Of a DNA stretch of 36,833 bases, positions 33,139 through 36,833 are shown in pieces. Below the pieces are notes generated by a model that saw only the letters and a program-made list of their open reading frames with translations, was not told where the DNA came from and did no database searches. Made by a program: the position numbers and the translations under genes. The number at the start of each line of letters is the position of its first letter. Within the stretch, counting starts at the first letter, position 1. Origin of the DNA: Actinomycetota bacterium (GTDB lineage Bacteria; Actinomycetota; Actinomycetes; S36-B12; UBA10799); assembly GCA_030837445.1 (NCBI GenBank), contig JAUPKM010000075.1:1-36833 (forward strand), in the 5' to 3' direction.

Positions 33139-34158
33139 TCAGAAGGACTCCGGGTCGGTGAGCGCGCGCAACTGCGGCTGCGGCCGGCCGTAACTGATGA
33201 CGCAGACGTCCAGCCCGCTGTCGTGGTGCAGCCGCACCGCGCGCCGCAAGGCGTCCATCACCCACTGCAGCGGGTTTCCGAAGGCGCCCGCCCCCAGCAG
33301 GGTCAGGTACACCGTGCGGTTTCCGGTCCGGACGGCGGCCGGGACGGCAGCGGCCAGGGTCGCCTCGTACGCGGCGTCCAGCACCAGCCGGGCCAGCGGC
33401 TCCCAGCATCGCGGGTCACCGCCGGCGTACGAGAGGGGCAGCGCCGAGCAGAAGATCTGGGTGACCGTGTGCCCTGCGTCCTTCCAGGTGACCTCGGTCT
33501 GTGACTGGACGCCGACCTTCAACAGGCCGGTCAGGTCGTCCCGCTGCGGCCCGGTCAGCCCTTCCAGGTACACGGCAACCCGGTCCAGCTCCTCCGGCGT
33601 CACGAAGGCATACCCGTTGCGCATGTCCACGCGCAGGTCGAGCGCCCCGGCGAGGTCGGCGAACCCGTCCAGCTGACGACCCGCCGTCTGCCCGCGCAGC
33701 GCATCCGGGCCTGATCCGAACGGCACCAGATAGTTGCGGTGGATCGTGGCCGCCCCGCACGCGATCGCGCACGCGGGCCCTTGCGTGTGGTCCCGTTCGT
33801 AGTGGTCGATGCCGTCGTCGGGCGTGATCTCGGGATTGATCATCTCCAGCATGTTGAACTGCGAGGCGACCTGGAAGACCGCACCGGCCGACGCGGGATC
33901 GGCGTGCAGATCGCGCACGTCAGCCACCACCTCCCGCACCTGCACCCTCGCCCCGGCGGGGGCGGGAGCCGCGCCGGGGACGGGCCCGGCCTGATCCCGA
34001 GCCCGCCGCAAGGCGTCAAGGCCGACGACGGCGAAGTCACCCCGCCGCATCCGGCGTCCGTTCGCGGTGGACTCCAGGAAGGCGCCGTTCTCACGCAGGC
34101 GGGCCAGCACCTGCTCGCGGCCGCCCTCCCGGAACCCGGTCAACTGCTCGAACCACAT
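33139..34158 (-). CDS. Conserved hypothetical protein, possibly macro-domain-like
   Basis: The start is set at ATG 34158 (MWFEQLTGF). Conserved-looking blocks are FQVASQFNMLEM, DHTQGPACAIACGAATIHRNY and LTLLGAGAFGNP. The last resembles the Gly-rich diphosphate loop of macro domains. The family name is not recalled with certainty. Confidence 0.65.
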   Translation of the reverse strand: MWFEQLTGFREGGREQVLARLRENGAFLESTANGRRMRRGDFAVVGLDALRRARDQAGPVPGAAPAPAGARVQVREVVADVRDLHADPASAGAVFQVASQFNMLEMINPEITPDDGIDHYERDHTQGPACAIACGAATIHRNYLVPFGSGPDALRGQTAGRQLDGFADLAGALDLRVDMRNGYAFVTPEELDRVAVYLEGLTGPQRDDLTGLLKVGVQSQTEVTWKDAGHTVTQIFCSALPLSYAGGDPRCWEPLARLVLDAAYEATLAAAVPAAVRTGNRTVYLTLLGAGAFGNPLQWVMDALRRAVRLHHDSGLDVCVISYGRPQPQLRALTDPESF

Positions 34159-35070
34159 CGCGCCCGTCCCTCCCGCGCCACCACCCGTCCCGGAACCACT
34201 ACCACGACACTGCACCACGGGTCATCGGGACGCCCCTCGAAGGTCATGGGCGAGGAGGCCGGTCGTCGTGCGGCAGTCGACCCGCCAGCGGTAGCACGAC
34301 GTCCACCGCGAAGCCGCCGTCCGGGGTCGGGCCGGCGCTGGCGCGGCCGTCGAGTGCTCGACGGTCCTGCCGTGCTTCGCCTTGCGGCGCGGCGGCACCG
34401 CCGCGCTCCCGGAGGCCGAGGTCATCTACCTGCGTCGGGCCCTGACCTGGCGGCGGCCGGTCACCGCCTTGGTGCGGGAGTAGGCGTTGAGCTGCTCCTC
34501 GTCGACCGGCCGTTCCGTCCGCCCGACGCCGATCGGCTGCCAACCGCTCGGGGCGCCTCGCGCGCCCAACCGGCCGGCGACTGGATTATCACCGAGCGCC
34601 GCCGGGCGTGTCAGCGTCCGGCGATGGACGCTCAGGGGGCACCTCGGTGGTCCGGCTGCTGCCGATCGGTGTGGGCTACGGCTGCCGTGATCACTGTCGC
34701 CGCCACCTGTGGCTGGCGTTCCCGGCGAGATCGCTGGGTGCGGACAGCAGGGAATCAGTGTGTGCCATCACCGTCGTGATGACGACAGCTACTGCACACC
34801 CTGATTCCCCGCACCCTGAAGGGCGGGTCGGCTACCCGGCGGTGGTGCGGTGAGATGCCCCTGGCGATCTGTCGGGAGGCTCGGTCGCAGCGTCGTCGGG
34901 CTTCTTCCAGCGTGGCCGCCAGAGCCGGGTGGGGCGGGTGAAAAGGTCCTCGTTGCGGAAGTCGGCGAGGCGGTGTCCCTGGTGGATTCGCGGGCGGCAT
35001 AGCCACCGCAGCGTCTGGTGGGCCTGACGCCGGTCGGGCATCGTGGCCAGTGCATTGAGATACCAAGCCG

Positions 35071-35099
35071 TAGGCAACCTGTTGCCTACAATAGGCAAC
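35071..35099. promoter_or_regulatory. Putative operator of the RHH-PIN module
   Basis: Palindrome TAGGCAAC-CT-GTTGCCTA (35071-35088) plus a third half-site TAGGCAAC (35092-35099). It lies 54 nt upstream of the antitoxin ATG. RHH antitoxins typically autoregulate through such repeats. Confidence 0.55.
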
Positions 35100-35152
35100 A
35101 CGACGTACCTTGAACGGGCACGGACCCAAACGGGCACGAGAGGAGGGTGAAC

Positions 35153-35413
35153 ATGGCATCACAGACCATCGGGTTCGCCGTGTCGGACCAGGACCGTGAG
35201 CGGCTCGACCGACTGGTCGAGTACTTCGGCGGCGGCAACCGCTCCGCCTACCTGCGGGCAACCCTCAAGGTCATGGAATCACTGCGCAGAGCCGAACGGC
35301 TGCGTGAACTCCAGGCTGCCAACCATCGCAGATTGGCCGAAAACGGGACTGATACCGCGGACCTGTCCGCCCTGATCCTCCAGGCTTACAAGTCCGGGGA
35401 CACCCCGGCGTGA
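35153..35413 (+). CDS. Ribbon-helix-helix (CopG-like) antitoxin
   Basis: ATG at 35153, 7 nt after GGAGGG. The N-terminal beta-strand/helix pattern QTIGFAVSDQDRERLDRLVEYFGGGNRSAYLRATLKVM is RHH-like. Its stop overlaps the GTG of the PIN gene (GTGA, 35410-35413). Confidence 0.75.
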   Translation: MASQTIGFAVSDQDRERLDRLVEYFGGGNRSAYLRATLKVMESLRRAERLRELQAANHRRLAENGTDTADLSALILQAYKSGDTPA

Positions 35414-35919
35414 CCCTGCCCGGCCCGATCGCCACTCCCATCGTCTTCGACGTCAACGTCCTCGTCCAGGCCATCGCCTCGGGCAACAGCCCGTACATCT
35501 CCTGGCCATCGCCCCCACCGACCTCAGGCAACCCCTTCGCCGACTGCCTCGGAGTCATCAACGACGCCGCTGAGTTCGCCCTGTGGCTGTCCCCCCATAT
35601 CCTCAGCAACACCACCCGAGTCCTGATGACCGTGGTCGGCACGCCGAAGGACGAGGCCAGCGACTACGAAGAGATCCTGATCGAGATGGCGCATGCCTCC
35701 GGCGGCGGTCTGCTGACCCCGCCCCGCACCGTCCCCGACTGCCGCGACCACGAGGACAACCTCGTGCTCGACCTGGCCGCCGAGGTTGGCGCACTACTTC
35801 TCGTCTCTGAAGACACCGACCTCACCAGCATGTCTCCCTGGCAGGGAGTACCGATCCTGCGCCCGGCCGAATTCGTCAGCAGGGTCGACGCCATGCGCCG
35901 ACACCGCCGCACGCGATGA
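35410..35919 (+). CDS. PIN-domain toxin (PIN_3/TIGR00305-like)
   Basis: Acidic PIN residues occur in the expected order (IVFDVNVL..., DCRDHEDNLVLDLA, LLLVSEDTDL). About 169 aa, translationally coupled to the RHH gene. Confidence 0.75.
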   Translation: MTLPGPIATPIVFDVNVLVQAIASGNSPYISWPSPPPTSGNPFADCLGVINDAAEFALWLSPHILSNTTRVLMTVVGTPKDEASDYEEILIEMAHASGGGLLTPPRTVPDCRDHEDNLVLDLAAEVGALLLVSEDTDLTSMSPWQGVPILRPAEFVSRVDAMRRHRRTR

Positions 35920-36121
35920 CCAGGCGACCCGGTCACGCGGCGGTGCCGTCGTCGTGCTGTCGCAGCATGCCAGCAGGAACCGATCCGCAGGGGTGCACCG
36001 GGGACGGGCCCGGGCGGCGTGGCGCGTCCCGCTCGGTACCATGTGACGTGCCGGGCCGGAGTCGGTCGTCGTGACGACGCCAGGCCGAGACATCACCCGA
36101 ATTCTCCACGTGGAGCCCTCA

Positions 36122-36833
36122 GTGCCTCATGCAGTCGTCCGCTGGTTCGACCCCGACCGTGGCTTCGGGTTCCTGGCCCCTGACGGCGGCGGCGAGGACC
36201 TGTTCGTCCATGCCTCCGAGATCGCCACGTCCGGGGGGCCGAAGCTGCTGAGAGAGGGCCAGACGGTCGAGTTCGAGATCGGTGAGGGCGACCGCGGCCC
36301 GCAGGCGCTTCGCGTCCGCGTGACCGGTGAATCGGCCTCGGACTCCGAGCTCGGTCGCCTGGGCATGGTCGTCTGGTACGAGCCGAACAAGGGCTACGGC
36401 TTCGTCGAGCTCGATGACGGCGGGCCGCAGATCTTCGTACACAGCTCCGCCATCGTCACCGGTGGCGTCATCAGCGACGGGCAGCGGGTTGCCTTCCTCG
36501 TACGCGAGGGTGAACGCGGCCCCCAGGCCGAGCACCTTCTGCCACTGGCCTCCGGCGTCGGCGTGCCCGCCAATGGCGACGGCGCCGACGGCACCGTCTC
36601 CTGGTACGACGAAGGCAAGGGCTTCGGGTTCGTCACCCCCAATTCCGGGGGTGACGACGTCTTCGTCCACGCCCGGGCCCTGATCGACGGTCTGACGTCG
36701 CTGTCCGAGGGTGACCGCGTCGCCTACGAGGTGGTCCGCGGTGACAGGGGCCCGCAGGCTCGGGACGTGCACCGGGTCGGGGGCACCGCCGGCACGGGCG
36801 GGCAACCGCCCGCCCCCCACGAACCGGCCGGCA
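36122..36833 (+). CDS. Protein with three tandem cold-shock domains (3'-partial, runs off the window)
   Basis: Not in the ORF track because no stop is reached. GTG at 36122 lies 6 nt after GGAG. There are three CSD units: AVVRWFDPDRGFGFLAPDGGGEDLFVHASEI..., GMVVWYEPNKGYGFVELDDGGPQIFVHSSAI... and GTVSWYDEGKGFGFVTPNSGGDDVFVHARAL... Each has RNP1-like (G-F/Y-G-F) and RNP2-like (FVH) motifs. The listed 233-aa minus ORF is its antisense shadow. Confidence 0.85.
   Translation, partial: MPHAVVRWFDPDRGFGFLAPDGGGEDLFVHASEIATSGGPKLLREGQTVEFEIGEGDRGPQALRVRVTGESASDSELGRLGMVVWYEPNKGYGFVELDDGGPQIFVHSSAIVTGGVISDGQRVAFLVREGERGPQAEHLLPLASGVGVPANGDGADGTVSWYDEGKGFGFVTPNSGGDDVFVHARALIDGLTSLSEGDRVAYEVVRGDRGPQARDVHRVGGTAGTGGQPPAPHEPAG

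Noticed and set aside
33739-34779. 346-aa plus-strand ORF
   Set aside because: It is antisense to the 33139-34158 gene and continues through non-coding or decayed DNA. The translation is low-complexity.
36119-36820. 233-aa minus-strand ORF at the window end
   Set aside because: It is the antisense shadow of the triple cold-shock-domain gene, whose plus-strand frame has three unmistakable CSD units.
1-36833. Scan for CRISPR arrays, rRNA genes, retron-like ncRNA/RT pairs and methyltransferase motifs
   Set aside because: No regularly spaced direct repeats, no rRNA-like sequence and no reverse-transcriptase YxDD motif were seen. No (D/N/S)PP(Y/F/W) or FxGxG motifs occur in a plausible coding context. 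The only near-match is EPPY inside the MBL protein, which is not in a methyltransferase-like setting.

Overview
High-GC, actinobacterium-like DNA; the taxon cannot be determined from the sequence alone. The window looks like an accessory, defence-island-type region anchored on a tRNA-Leu(GAG) gene (2017-2100, minus strand). Its centre (10766-27534) is an intact ~16.8-kb five-gene locus. A 786-aa unknown protein is transcribed divergently. On the plus strand follow a 2131-aa protein with a STAND/Orc-type P-loop NTPase module, a translationally coupled beta-CASP metallo-beta-lactamase nuclease, a DrmA-like DEAH helicase (1154 aa) and a DrmB-like DUF1998 zinc-ribbon protein. This is a DISARM-type helicase+DUF1998 core with no methyltransferase or PLD nuclease in the window, and it is my top candidate for an undescribed defence system. 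Around it lie three copies of the tRNA-Leu 3' end plus its downstream flank: two in direct orientation bracket 24.8 kb and one is inverted. Also present are an ISL3 element with a frameshifted transposase, an IS256-type transposase remnant and several toxin-antitoxin/abortive-infection modules (HigA-like with toxin remnant, AbiEi/AbiEii-like, RHH-PIN). The rest is a decayed sugar-modification operon (Gfo/Idh/MocA oxidoreductase, frameshifted DegT aminotransferase, NUDIX), a chimeric XRE/5-FTHF-cyclo-ligase pseudogene, a frameshifted M4 peptidase and a 3'-partial gene with three tandem cold-shock domains. I found no rRNA, CRISPR array or recognisable integrase. All family assignments come from motifs read by eye; no database search was possible.
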